This document shows positions 28,286-41,096 of a DNA stretch of 64,000 nucleotides, piece by piece. Numbering within the stretch: the first letter of the stretch is position 1; every line of letters starts with the position of its first letter. The translations under genes and the position numbers were made by a program. Under the pieces are notes generated by a model. It searched no databases. It had not been told where the DNA came from and saw only the letters and a program-made list of their open reading frames with translations. Source of the stretch: Azolla caroliniana (taxonomy: Eukaryota > Plantae > Polypodiophyta); the NCBI GenBank assembly GCA_043228905.1, contig JBHGNT010000006.1, forward strand, positions 3,720,001-3,784,000, read 5' to 3'.

Positions 28286-29039
28286 TGGGCCCAGTTCGGT
28301 TTTGGTTTGAATGGGTTTCTTTGTCTTGAAACCAAAGAGACCCATTTACAAAAAACATAAACTAAACCAAACCCTTTATGAATTCTCAAGCCACTTGAAC
28401 CTAACCATTTAAGGAAAAGGTAAACCAAACAATTTTTGGAGAAGTTGAGACCAAATTATACCATTTAATAAAAACTTTAAGCTTAACAATTTAAGGAAAA
28501 GGTAAACCAAACAATTTAACCTATACAATTTGGAGAAGTTGAGACCAAATTGTACCATTTAATAAAAAATTTAAGCTTAACCATTTAAGTCAGAATAATT
28601 TTAAAAATTAAATAAACAAAAATACATTAAATTAAATAAGTATTTAAGTTAACAATTTAATCCATACAGTTTTGAGAAAAGTTGAAAAAATTAAATTAAA
28701 TTAAAAAAATAAGTATTTAAGTTAAATTAATTTAATTAATAAACAAAACAATATTAATTAAACCCTTAAATTTATTGAGCATTTAAGATAAATTATTTAT
28801 ATCAATAAACAAAGAACATTAATTAAACCGAAAAATAAATATACTATTAAAGTAAATTAAAGGTAACCAAAAAACTGAACCACTTAAACCTTATAAACCC
28901 GGGTTTTTTAACTGAACTGAACTAAAAACAGACCTTTTAGTTAATTGAACTAAAGCAAACCATTTAATTATATTGGAACCGATAAACTGTTAAACCATGA
29001 CTCATTGGTTCAGTTCAGTTTGAGCTAAAACCGGGCCTA
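28286..29039. mobile_element. Probable non-autonomous DNA element (MITE or hAT-like), AT-rich
   Basis: Imperfect termini tgggcccagtt and aaccgggccta, flanked on both sides by gagcta. Many subterminal aaacc/aactgaac motifs and an internal tandem duplication at about 28405-28590. Confidence 0.5.
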
Positions 29040-31507
29040 GAGCTACCAGACTGACACATGTTCCTAGGTTGTATGGGCTGTCCCAAGTCCTAAGATAAAC
29101 GATTTCCTACTTATCCTACACTTGAAAATTCATTAAAACTAGTCTTTAATATTGGTCTTTAATGCTATGCTTGCAACGTATGGGTTAAACCATAGTACTT
29201 AAAATTCTTGTTCGTCTAGCATAACATTTGTTTTCTTACGTTGGACAACGAAAGCGAATGTTATTCAAACATTCTTGTGTTTTTTTTTTGTTTTTTTCCC
29301 AGTTTTTAATGTTTTTAATGTTTTTGTTTCATTTTTAGGCTTATTTACCTCATAATAAATAGTTAATCCAAAAGTATGGTATTTATCATTCTTTAAGGGT
29401 GTTTTTCTTACACGAATGATTGAAAACCTTCACGAATGCGAATGTACGTATGGTTCATACTATGGGTTAAACAATTCAAGATCACAATTGGGTCTTGCAC
29501 TGTATTGATAAATTCTTGATGAACATCAAAGGTTGGTAAGTGATAACAAGGTATATATTTTAGTAGGAAGGTTGAATATTTGCAAGATGATAGAGGAGGC
29601 CTTATGAGTCTAGATAAGAAAAAATCTCACATGGTAGCAATCATTTGGTGTGTACATTGTGGAAGAGAAGCCTACAAATGTTTTGGCTACATAGCCATAG
29701 TCATAAACAAACTATGTACAAAGAATAACCTTTCTACATGGGGCAATCATTTATTAACTTTATCACACTAGAAGCGATTATATACAATGTAGCTCTTGCA
29801 CAACATGTATGACATGCCATTGCACTTGTTCCATATTGGCCATTTCTTAATAAATGCGTCACTTGACATTTTTTGGACCTTTAGAAAGGAAAGTGAACTT
29901 GCCTATGGAAGATGAGAAGTTAGAACTATTGTGACACATTTCAAATACATCAGAACATAATAGGTAGGATTATCTACCTTTTCCACCACCCGAAATCAAG
30001 TTGCTCATTTTCATGATCATGATGAGAAAGTGTTAGATCATTTATGAAGATTTAATAGCACTATCATTGAAAGAGAGGTTATAAATGTTTCACATTTCAT
30101 AGAGCTATGATACAAAAGATAAAACTTGAATATTGTAGAAAGTTTTGCTTTTTTATTTCCGTGGTCAATACTCTTAAAGCAATTAAATTGCCTTACCATG
30201 ACAACATGTGCGAGACAATTTAAAAAAAAAAGAGAATTTGTAGAGAATGTTTCATAGAATAATTCTTACATGCAAAAGATTGAGGCTCTAACACATTGTC
30301 AAGTGGATTTTTTGCCTCTCACAAAGTATACATATTGCGAGAACCTTTAGGCATAGGCTTCAACAAAAGGATGAAACTTAAAAAGTTAGCTTACAAAGTA
30401 TATTAGGTCTTTGGATGTTCTAAGTTGTATATATGTTTTATATATATAAACACAAAACATTACATATAGAAATAACGAAAATGTCGTGGATCTTCATAAA
30501 ACACCATTTTGATGCATTAATATGAAATGTTCTTTGACATACAATTTCAACATGCCTTAATTTTGTCGGTTTCTAGTTAGGGCATTATGGGTTTTAGCAT
30601 ATGAAACAAATATTCTAGCTAACGCTTAACTATGATAAGTTACATTATTATACGTGAACAATGAGATTACAAGTTCTTCAAGTTTATGAATACAATTATT
30701 TAATTCTATGTTACATGCAATCAGTAATAAGCTTGAAAGAAGTCAAAATTATGGCGTAAAAATGAAGAACAATAGAAAGGAGAAAGTATTGAAAGCCTTA
30801 TGATGGGAAAAGATGTTGTTCATAGGGGAACTTCTTTATTGTTATTTCGCCGATATAGAAAATGAGGCGCAAGCTTGCGTCTAAGGAAATGTTGATTGTA
30901 GTAAAGCTCAATGTCAATGTACATTTCATTGGAAAAAATAGTACTTCACAAACATATCAACTATAGGTTTTACTAGCAAAATGTAACATATGGTCAAACA
31001 TAGTGGTATGTAGTATGGTTTGGAGTAGCGAAGTGTGACATAACATCAAGAATATTTAAGTAGACTATTGAAAGACTCTGCCTTTGGTTAAAATTGACAA
31101 GTTATATTCGCATAAAAGTATGGGGGGATGTTAGGTTAAAATATGGGTCACTTTTCACTCTTTGGTTTGGATAAGGAAAAGTGAACTAGAACGCCAAAGA
31201 TGAGCATGGCTGCCACATGAGTTCCAATGTGTATTAATTGACAATCATTAATATCAACATTACCTAGCAAATTTGTTGAGGAAGTTAGGTCATCCGAAAA
31301 ATAAATGTTTGATGCCTATGCTTTAATGGTAGCTTTTTGTCTATTCCATGGCATCTTTTTTATAGGGATATTGAGAGAGGAGGAGAGCTCTTTTCTATGA
31401 CACTTTTATTAGGGAGGTATTGGGAGGAGGAGAGTGATGATCGATAATAGTTAAGATCTCCCTCACAAACCTACTCATTCTCATTCACTCTCTTGCTCAT
31501 TCTCACT

Positions 31508-31512
<5 letters not shown>

Positions 31513-31582
<70 letters not shown>
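31513..31582. repeat. Compound (AC)n(TC)n microsatellite upstream of the KCS gene
   Basis: Read directly; ends about 60 bp before the ATG. Confidence 0.95.
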
Positions 31583-31587
<5 letters not shown>

Positions 31588-31640
31588 TCACTTCTCACTC
31601 CATTAGTCACTCACTCTCTCCATAGAATCAAGCTTAGGCC

Positions 31641-33365
31641 ATGGAAACAAGCGTTCATGTCCTTCCTCACACACATTCACATGACACTAGCTCAACAACA
31701 ACTTACACTACTACTACTACTACTTCTACTTCTACTACTACTACTACTACTACTACTACTGCACCAACATTAGATGAAAGAACAAGTTCAAGAAATGGAA
31801 CAAGGGAATCTTCCCATGAATTCAACATGTTGATTGTGAAGCTCTTTGTCAAGACATATGCACCATATGTCCTCCTCCCCATCCTCCTCTTCGTCCTCGT
31901 CTCTCTTTCCATTACTTATTCCATCTACATATCGACACTATTTTCTTCGCTCGAGCTTTGGGCTACAATAATTTCAATCTTGTCCATTATCACCCTCCTC
32001 TACTACAAACTCAAACCACACCCTGTCTACCTTGTGGATTTTGCCACCTTCCGGCCCGATGACTTGTTGAAACTCAGCACAAAACTATGTGCACAAATCA
32101 CGCGAGCTCGACAATCATGCACCCCTAGGAACATGGTCTTTCAACTCAAATTGTTGTTGAAGTCTGGTCTTGGTGATGATGTCTATGGCCCCCCTTACGT
32201 GTTAAGATATACCTCTGGTGAGACGATCACTCAAAAACATCCAAGCTACAATGACGTGATCGATGAGATGGATCTCATGATGTTTGGTGCTCTTGATGAG
32301 CTCCTTCTTAAGACTGGAATTGATCCTTCACAAATTGATTACCTCTTTGTCAATGTGAGCATGTTTTATCCCAGCCCATCTCTCACATCACACCTTGTGC
32401 ATCGCTACAAAATGCGGGAGGATGTGAAGACATACAATTTCTCCGGTATGGGGTGTGCCGCGGGGATGATAGCACTTGATCTTGCCAAAGATCTCTTGAG
32501 ACTGAATAAAGACAAGTTCGTGGTCCTTGTTGGAACTGAGAATATCACATCGACCATGTATTGTGGGAACGATCGGTCAATGCTTGTGACAAATTGCATC
32601 TTCCGATGTGGGTCCTACGCATTACTATTGTCGAACAAGAAGAAAGATCGGAAGAGGTCCAAGTTCGAGCTTCTAGGGTCATTCCGCACAACCACAGCGG
32701 CTAGTGACACATCCTACAATGTTGTCTACTCTAGGGAGGATGAACATGGTTTCTTGGGCATATCCCTAAGCATCGAATTGCTCAATGTAGCATCCGAAGC
32801 TCTAACTCTTAGCATCATGAAACTCATCCCTAACTTTATGCCCTTCACCGAGCTCCTTAAGATCGTAGTAAATACCATACAAAGGAAGGTGTTCAATATG
32901 AAGAAAAAGAAATACTCGCTTGATTTCAAGAAAGCGTTCACGCATTTTTGTATCCACCCGGGCGGGAGAGCGGTTCTCGAAGGCATTGGCAAGATCTTGT
33001 CCTTATCTGATTATGACCTCGAGCCCACCAAGATGACTTTGTATAGGTTTGGTAACACATCAAGTAGTGGGTTGTGGTATGTAATGGCCTACTGTGAAGC
33101 TAAAGAGAGGTTGAAGAAAGGTGATAAAGTTTGGCAAGTGGCATTAGGGTCGGGATTTAAGTGTAATAGCGTGGTGTGGAAAGTTTTACGAGATGTTAAA
33201 CCATTGCAAGGTTTAAATCCATGGATGGAGTTCATCGATCAATACCCGGTTGATGTGCCAGATACCATCGGACCCTCACATAAACACTATGCATTTCTAA
33301 AAGAAATGGAGGAAGAACTAAAACAAGTAGAAGCAAATGAGAAACTACTACTACAACAACAATAA
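31641..33365 (+). CDS. KCS: 3-ketoacyl-CoA synthase (FAE1/CUT1-type very-long-chain fatty acid elongase), intronless, 574 aa
   Basis: Two N-terminal hydrophobic segments, PVYLVDF, catalytic Cys in SGMGCAAG, FCIHPGGRAV, YRFGNTSSS, GSGFKCNS and NPW. N-terminal poly-Thr tract. VNVSMF..PSL and YCG.DRSM resemble the KCS3/12/19 group (inference). Confidence 0.96.
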   Translation: METSVHVLPHTHSHDTSSTTTYTTTTTTSTSTTTTTTTTTAPTLDERTSSRNGTRESSHEFNMLIVKLFVKTYAPYVLLPILLFVLVSLSITYSIYISTLFSSLELWATIISILSIITLLYYKLKPHPVYLVDFATFRPDDLLKLSTKLCAQITRARQSCTPRNMVFQLKLLLKSGLGDDVYGPPYVLRYTSGETITQKHPSYNDVIDEMDLMMFGALDELLLKTGIDPSQIDYLFVNVSMFYPSPSLTSHLVHRYKMREDVKTYNFSGMGCAAGMIALDLAKDLLRLNKDKFVVLVGTENITSTMYCGNDRSMLVTNCIFRCGSYALLLSNKKKDRKRSKFELLGSFRTTTAASDTSYNVVYSREDEHGFLGISLSIELLNVASEALTLSIMKLIPNFMPFTELLKIVVNTIQRKVFNMKKKKYSLDFKKAFTHFCIHPGGRAVLEGIGKILSLSDYDLEPTKMTLYRFGNTSSSGLWYVMAYCEAKERLKKGDKVWQVALGSGFKCNSVVWKVLRDVKPLQGLNPWMEFIDQYPVDVPDTIGPSHKHYAFLKEMEEELKQVEANEKLLLQQQ

Positions 33366-33805
33366 CAATGACCAATGATGTGAACAAATGTTATTAGGTA
33401 TGTGTGCACGTGTGAAATGTGTATGATTTGTTATTTGTATGGTTACATATTAATCATCTACATAGTATCTCTTGATCGACTCTTCCCTAGTGTGGCATGT
33501 CTTGACTCTTTACTTGTCAGGATCTAATAATGTAAGTTCATTATTCATTTTGTTGGCTGCTATCTTGAATGTGTTAAAATATTGATACACATATAATTAA
33601 TGGGCCATTTAATATAAATGCGTATATGCATCCTTAAAATTCTTTTACTTGTTGGATTGGGTGAGGGCAATGATGGATTTTTACTATTTGGCATACACTC
33701 AAGAACTTCAAAACTTTATCTTTTGTTGTCTATACTTTTCTGTGTATGTATGCACCCTATACTTGCGTTTATACATTCTTAAATTCTTTTACTTCTTCAT
33801 TGATC

Positions 33806-35722
33806 TTTTTTTTCCAAAAAAGAATATACTCCATTAGTTAAAATATACATGAACACGATCCCTTTCTCAGGTAGGCCGTGCCAAGATTATCCTAGCCTAC
33901 ATACAAGATCTCACTTATTTATCTTACACTTTTACATATGACTCAAGCCATCCTTTCAGATACATCACCTACCTTAACTATCCCACTTGCCATGTCTTTC
34001 ACGCCTCTCGTTCAACTAATGGGAGGGGGAAACAACCATCTGGGTACATCATACTTCCATAGTATATCCATTCCATTTGCTGCGGCCATCGATGTCGTAC
34101 ACCATCTTTTTCGAAAATTCAGCCTCATTAGGTCTGCAGCATCATTAGTACCATTAATCCGCTCATATTGAGCTCTTAGTGTAGTTATGAGTGTGTGCCA
34201 AATTAGCTTAATCGATTCAACTGGAGGGCGTTTGTGTGCGGAAAATACCCTGGTACACCTTGTTGTCCATATATGCCATATAGTAATGGGGGCAAGCAAC
34301 ATCCAAAGATCTTCAAGTTTTTGATTCTGTACACAAGTTGTAGGTACCCCGTTGTCAGGGATCAGCCGAACAATGCCATTCTCCCCTCTGTACTTAGCAT
34401 TGCATGTGCTATCGTATGTCGCCACATCAACGTCAAGACACATCCAACAAGCATGTCCCCAGTTGAGGGTGAACGAACTAGAGGCATGGCAAAGCAAACG
34501 AAGTGCCCTTCCCCATACAGCCATTGCATCACGACATTCCCATAGACAATGGGAGATGCTTTCTATCTGTCCACATGCAGTACATCTAGGGTCTACATTG
34601 GGGCCTTTACCCCACGTCCCTACCGGCAAGGCTCTATGTGCAATAAGCCATAAACACATCATTATCTTGCGGTCATATTTGTCATGCCATATCATTTTCC
34701 AGAATTTATCTAGTCTCCTTTCACTTATGCCCTCCTGCATCCAAAATTTCCTTGCCACAACCTTGTCATGTTTTTGTTCTAGAAGAATTTGCCTCCCAAT
34801 CTTCGTGTTATACCTGAAAAATTGAACCAGCTTTTCCCCATAAGTTTGTCCTTGAGTTCTCCAAAAATACCTGGCTGGGTCCCATGATAACTGATCCAAA
34901 TGCCCTTCTATAGGCCAACACACTGTCGCCGGTGTGATCTCCCTTGGCTTAGGGTCAATAATCATATTCTTGCCAGTTTTTACGATCAGCCTAATCGGCT
35001 TTTCTCTTTGAAAGACTGGTTGCTCACCTCTTGCCCTTCCGTGCTCTAGTTTGTAGTAGCATACCTCGTTCGATTCTACTTTCATTCCCTTAATGCCAAT
35101 TAAACAGTTTTCAGCATCTATAAGACCTGTCCACGCAATTTCAGAGGTTGTTACTTCTTCCTCTTCCAATGTATTCTTGTAGCATGCAATGGCATCTGTA
35201 ATTCTCTTGAGCATGCCTTTACCCCTGCTTATTCTCCATATTCTAGCCTTTTGAGTGCCCACCTCATTGGACAAAAACCTCTCCCACTCCACTAATGCAT
35301 TCCCTTGGGCATTGATTAACTCAGCCCATTTGAAACCTGTTTTTTGGCCTATCATCAGCCCATCCACATCTCTAATCAATGGATTCCACACAATTGGCAT
35401 GTATATCTGCGCATATGCATCATTTCTCCACCTACATATGATCCCCTTTCTGATTTCTTGCCATGCTTTCATAATTCTGATAGCACAAAGACTCTGCATA
35501 CTTCCCCAATATTTGGGCCTCATTTCTGGCACAAAGCCCCAAAATGGGCTGCTAGGCCAACATCCACCTTGTCTTGGCAGCCACATCTTCCATCTACGCC
35601 GCCATAGAACTTTCCAAGGTGCCTCAGGAGGTTGTAGGCTCCGGACCACTAGTTTGCCTAGCAAGGCCTTCGTTTGCATCACGGGATCTATCAATCCCAC
35701 CCCCCCTTCACTTTTCCTTTTT
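33806..35722 (-). mobile_element. 5'-truncated L1 LINE (copy 3), nearly identical to the 3' part of copy 1
   Basis: ORF 34012-35766 matches the C-terminus of copy 1 ORF2 without its frameshift. Complete 3' UTR and poly(T) at 33806-33813. Confidence 0.93.
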
Positions 35723-36559
35723 GTGTTGGATCGGGTGGGTTCAATGATGGATTTATTGTTTGGCACACACTCAAGAACTTCGAAAGATTATCTTTTGTTG
35801 TCTATACTTTTTTGTGTATGCATGCACCCTATGCTTGTGTTTTTAGGTTCCCTACAAGTATCCATATGCAAGGAAAAGAAATTTATATACATATATGTAT
35901 TTTGGATGATGCATTCTATGAGCATGGAAGCTATATAAGAATGCAAAAAGCACATTAAGATCATATGCAACAATGCAATATAAACTATGCTTCATGGTGA
36001 TGTATGTCACTAAATTTTCAACTAAATTAAATTGATTAATAATCATAATAATGTATACTTTAAATTTTGAAATATATATTCAAGTAATAAGAGAATCAAA
36101 CTTAAACTTATAGTTTCTCAGTAGTTTTAATTAATCTTTGTGTAAATTCAAATTTCTGCCAATTATAACACAATGCTATCATTTTCTACCTTTGGTCGAG
36201 TTTTAAATTTGATAGCTAAAAAGTCATAGTGTAAAGCCCTGAAATTACAAACATGAAAGACTGTAAGATTAGACAACTTGCCTCACGCATAAAGCCATGA
36301 CCTTAAGTGTTTAGAGCGTAAACCTGGCATCTATGATTATAATTTGTAGTGGATATAAAATGATGCCAACAAAATGTATCACTTATTTCTGTTGTCCCTT
36401 TCTTTGGTATTAGGGATTACCAATAAAAATGTCACTTAATGTACTAGTTTAGTATATTCCATTGGATAATCTATGGTTGAATGCATGACCTTCTCGTCTC
36501 CACTAGATAGCCTTACATAGAGAGGTACACATAAGGGCTTTTTTTCTATCAATTCTTCT

Positions 36560-37250
36560 ATGAATGATTCAATTATTACCAATTTCTTTCTAAGATGTCT
36601 TTGTAGTTTTTCGATGTAGCTTTTCTAGGCCAATGTAATTGTTATCATTGTCTAGTGGAAAATGCACCCTAGTCAATGTTGTGAGGCTATTAAGGAATCA
36701 ACTAAATAATCTAACCAAAACATTAATGTTGCAAAGCCTAAAGTTTAGAACTCCATTTTCATATTTATACACTTCAAGTGATTCGGCATTTTGTACAATG
36801 TTTGTACAAAGGCTCCATTTGTTGCGTATTTGGAAAGCTCCATTGGTAGTCAAGAGGCAGTCAACAACTTTATGACACCTACCCCATCTTCCACATCTAT
36901 TGCATTCTTGAAATCCTACGCTTGAGATGCTAGAGAATGCCATGTCATACTATATCATAAGCTTTGTGAAGGGAATAATGTGGTGATATTCAATTCAATA
37001 TGTAATAGGAATCACTTGGGTCAACACTTCAATATTGTCAACTACGGCTTCCAAAGTATATGAAGTTGGGATTGTGAGTTGGTGTAACGAGTAAGTGGAT
37101 AAATGATTCCCCAACTTTGGTGTTGTGGCTTTCCAATGAATGTTTGATTGGAAGCTCTCCATGTAGAATGTTAGAACTTCTTCCACACAATGTTATAATA
37201 GTCCCTTATCTGCCTTGAACATCACAACACAATAAAGAGACAAGTTGAAA
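36560..37250 (-). mobile_element. Highly decayed LINE reverse-transcriptase remnant
   Basis: The minus strand near 36940-36970 reads HKAYDIV, similar to the DFxKAYDxV RT motif. The rest is degenerate. Confidence 0.35.
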
Positions 37251-37414
37251 TCTTATGATAATAACACAATGTTTTTTTTTTTCAAAACAAAATATCCTTC
37301 CATTAGTTTCAAAAAAGGCATATTAGCTACAACCTACAAAATAGTTGGAAACAAAGCAACTATCCTTTCGAAGCTCGTCTTGTGTAAGACAATGGCTAGC
37401 CATAGATCCTTCGT

Positions 37415-38215
37415 TTAACTAAGATCCATCTCAAAATCTAATTTCATTTCAATATCTACTACCAATTCTCCCATGTTGCCACTTGCTTTCAACATACCAA
37501 AAAATGTCATCATATTAGGTAAGAGACCTTGCAGAAGCATTTGAGGATAGAGTTGTGTTGCATCCTCATTCTTACCATGCTCAATATAGCCCAATAACAT
37601 GGCAATCCATTGTACCACATTTCCAACCAGCAATAGTTCATCAAAAAGCTCTCGGGCTTCAATTATTGCTCCACATTTACGATACCAAGAAAATGATATT
37701 TTTCAAATCCTTCTTTTGTATTCACCAAAGCATTGTTAAGCATGATATCCTTCTCCATGAAGAGACGTTTAATTATACTCTCATCATGAATCGTTTCCCC
37801 TTTTTCAATAGATCTAGTGTTTCCACAAGCCTTTAGACTGCAAATATATGTGATCCTATCTGGTTAGAGACCCTCACTTTGCATCTTCTGGAAACAATTC
37901 ATTGCTTCGTGACTATTTTTGTGTTGAGTATACCCTACAATGAGTGAATTCCAAGAGTATACAGTCCTAACAAGAAGCTCACCATGCAGTTTTAGTGCTT
38001 TTTCGAGCATACCACAATTCACATACATATCTAGCAACGCATTGCCCAACATAACTGCAAAATCATTCCTCATCAATTCAAAGCATTCAGAAGCTTCATG
38101 CAATTTCCCTTGTTCAACATACCTTGCTCTAGTGTCTCCACAAGCCTTCAAGATGCAAATATATGTGATCCTATCTGGTGAGAGACCCTCACTTTGCATT
38201 TTTTGGAAACAGTAA
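37415..38215 (-). pseudogene. Degraded PLS-class pentatricopeptide repeat (PPR) gene fragment
   Basis: MQSEGLSPDRITYICILKACG, GNALLDMYVNCGMLEKA, VYSWNSLIVGY and NVVQWIAMLLGY, broken by stops and frameshifts. Confidence 0.85.
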
Positions 38216-40048
38216 ATGTTGACAAGTGTGAAAAGGATCTTAGTAGATGGGAAAGACGTGTAAAACTGAAAATATAAGCATTTTACTTCTTGATTTTGAA
38301 TCCTCTATAAATGAGGCATTTTTGCAACACCAATGTATCATGACATGGGACAAATGTGGAGGCTCACACTTCACACATTATACTACACATGTTGCACCTA
38401 GCTAGAAAACCATATTCTTTGCGGAACGGGGTTCAAACCGTACACATCGATATATGTTAGCGCCCATCATGTTATTTGCCATTCGAACCATTGCTTCCGT
38501 GCGACTTAGCTCACATGCATTGCGATTTGAGACAGGGTGTTAGGGTACAACTGATGAGAGTGGTCGGCTATGCACACTTTGCCCTAAACAAGTTCATGAG
38601 TCTGAGTATCACACTTTGATACAATGCTCTACCTTTGATCATATTCGACCATGCTTTCAAGATCTCTTTAACCGAGCCCAATCCTTTCACAAATTTCTCT
38701 CACAACCACAATGTGCACTCTCGATTGCAACATTCATTGGTAAAGTTCTTGAACATTGAGAGTCACTACTCACTTTCACACGTATGAAATGTAATATTTT
38801 TGGTCTCATAGGTCATATTTGACCTCCGAAGACGATAATATAATCTTTGTCTTTGTCTCTGTCTCTCTCTTGGTGAAAACACGCAATTATATTAATAAAT
38901 GTGTGTCAAAACCTCTACTTACAATGGGTGTCACAATGGAGTATAGTCACACACTAACTATACTAAATGGCTACTCTCTCTCTCTCTCTCTCTCTCAACG
39001 ACCCTACCTATCACCAAAGCTTGGAGGGCCGGACGCAACACAACTAGGAAGAGAGCCTTAGTTCTTCAATTTAAAGACTTAGAATCTAGAATCACTTTCT
39101 TTAAGAAGAGACCAATTCTTCGAGGATTGGGTGGGGACCCTATCTATCTCGATGAAGACCACACCAAGATGCAAATTGAGCATCGCAAGAGTTGTATGCC
39201 AAAGGTTATGCAAGCTCGTAAAGAAGGGCATCGCGCCTTTTATCGAGATGGGTGAGTGATCATAAATGATCGCACTACTAATTGACGGCGTGTGGCCCAT
39301 GTGATAGAAAACACACATAGGATGACCTTATGGAATTGTAACGGCGCACTCTGGACACACCCCGGCCACCTAGAGGAGATATTAAAGGAATCAGATATAG
39401 TTTGCCGAGTAGAAACACACCAAAGCCCAAATAGGGAACTCCCACGAGTCGAAGGATTTCGTTGGGAGTCGGCTTTTAGACAAACCTCACGTCGATACAC
39501 TTCCAGGGGATCTGGAGGTGTCGCAATATTGTTTCGGAGGGAGCTACATAATAGGATAGAAATACTGAGCATAGACCTAGAAGCTCGTTTTATGTGGGTG
39601 AAAGTCTCCACAAGCAAGGACAAGGCAGTATTTTTCGCCATTTGTTACTTCCCCCCGAAAGGCTCTCGTTATAATCTGGTTGGCGAGGCGAGATTAGTTG
39701 ATGAAGGAGTGCCACATGGGCCTTCCCCATATGAACCTCTATCGGATGACATAATTTGATATTCTTCCCAAGGAGAAGTATTCCTTGTAGGAGACTTTAA
39801 TGCGAGAACCCAATCCCGACAATGCACAATATTTCAAATGAATAGAAACCTAGAAATGGTAAATGTCAATCCTTTAGACATAGGCACCACACGTAGATCA
39901 AAGGATCAAGGTGCGGACGCCACGAGCTTTGGCCATCATTTGCTCGAACTTGGCAGTCAGCACCATATGGTCATATATAATGGTTTAGCCAAGTGGCCAG
40001 GTTCGGAAGAGCTCACATGTTTCCCACATGGAGGAGGGGAAAGCACAA

Positions 40049-40077
40049 AACACGTTCGCGTTCACAAGTGGAAGGAT
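40049..40077 (+). repeat. Left terminal inverted repeat
   Basis: Exact reverse complement of 49038-49066; extends to 36 bp with two mismatches. Confidence 0.95.
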
Positions 40078-41096
40078 TGCGCATTCCACTTGTAGAATCT
40101 TCTTAAAATGAAGCAAATACACCCTCTCTACAAAAATTGGATGCACTAGTATCACATGTTCCTCAACTTGATGAGAATTTGCAAATATAAAAATACATGA
40201 TAGATCTACGAGTGGAGATCATTAGAAATCATGCAAGTTTAGACATGTTGATAAGTTAATGTAGGCATAATAAAGTTCAACTATGGCTCAATATGGCACT
40301 ACTGTGCGACAAGGGAAACACTAACTTAAAGACTTATATTAATTAGGTAAGTTTTACAAAAATATGAGGTGTACTTGTATCCATACTAATAAAATGAGAT
40401 ATAATTTATACTTTGACCCATACGTGCATGTATGTAATTGTGGAAAATGTAGGATAGTGCACATTAGGATAAGTGATTGGAATAACTAACTTATTAAAGT
40501 ATTCAATACTTGTATTTAAAGTTGATCTAATCTATTCCTCAGTTTGTTCATATGGGATCAAACCATATGTGTATATAATTGTGCACAATATAAGGCAGTG
40601 AACTTTAGGATAATGTCGTGGAAATAACAAACCTATTAGGCTTTCATACCTGTATTTAAAATTGGTCTACTCTATTGCTTAGGTGATTCACACAAGATCA
40701 AACTCCGAACGATAACGCAACCGGAACCATTATCAACACACTACACAATCTAAGCAGCAATGGAATAGAAACATAATAGTTTTAACAATAGAAGACAAAG
40801 ATCCATAATAACAACATGGACAGTCATGGCAACAATTATAGGGCCATGTTCTGTTAAGGTTAGCTTGGACCAAAATCAGCCTCCATTTAAACTAGTTCAT
40901 GTTTCTCCATAAGTTTGGTAGTCAGCTATGCACGCGGTGAAACCAATGTCATAAATCTACTAATCAAGTATATAAAAATAAAATTGAAACATATAGAAGA
41001 TTATAAAGAATAGAATCCACTAGGTAAAACCCAAAATTTGTATTAATAATGTGAAATCTTAACAAATCGTCAGTGTCATATTTTTCATAGAGTCTA

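Noticed and set aside
33650-35845. The ~120-bp repeats on either side of LINE copy 3 as a giant TSD or LTR pair
   Set aside because: The two copies (about 33650-33770 and 35724-35845) are far more diverged than the young LINE. An older tandem duplication that the LINE inserted into is more likely.
40458-40704. Diverged ~105-bp duplication inside the DNA transposon
   Set aside because: It is real but has only two degenerate copies, with no structure or coding signal.
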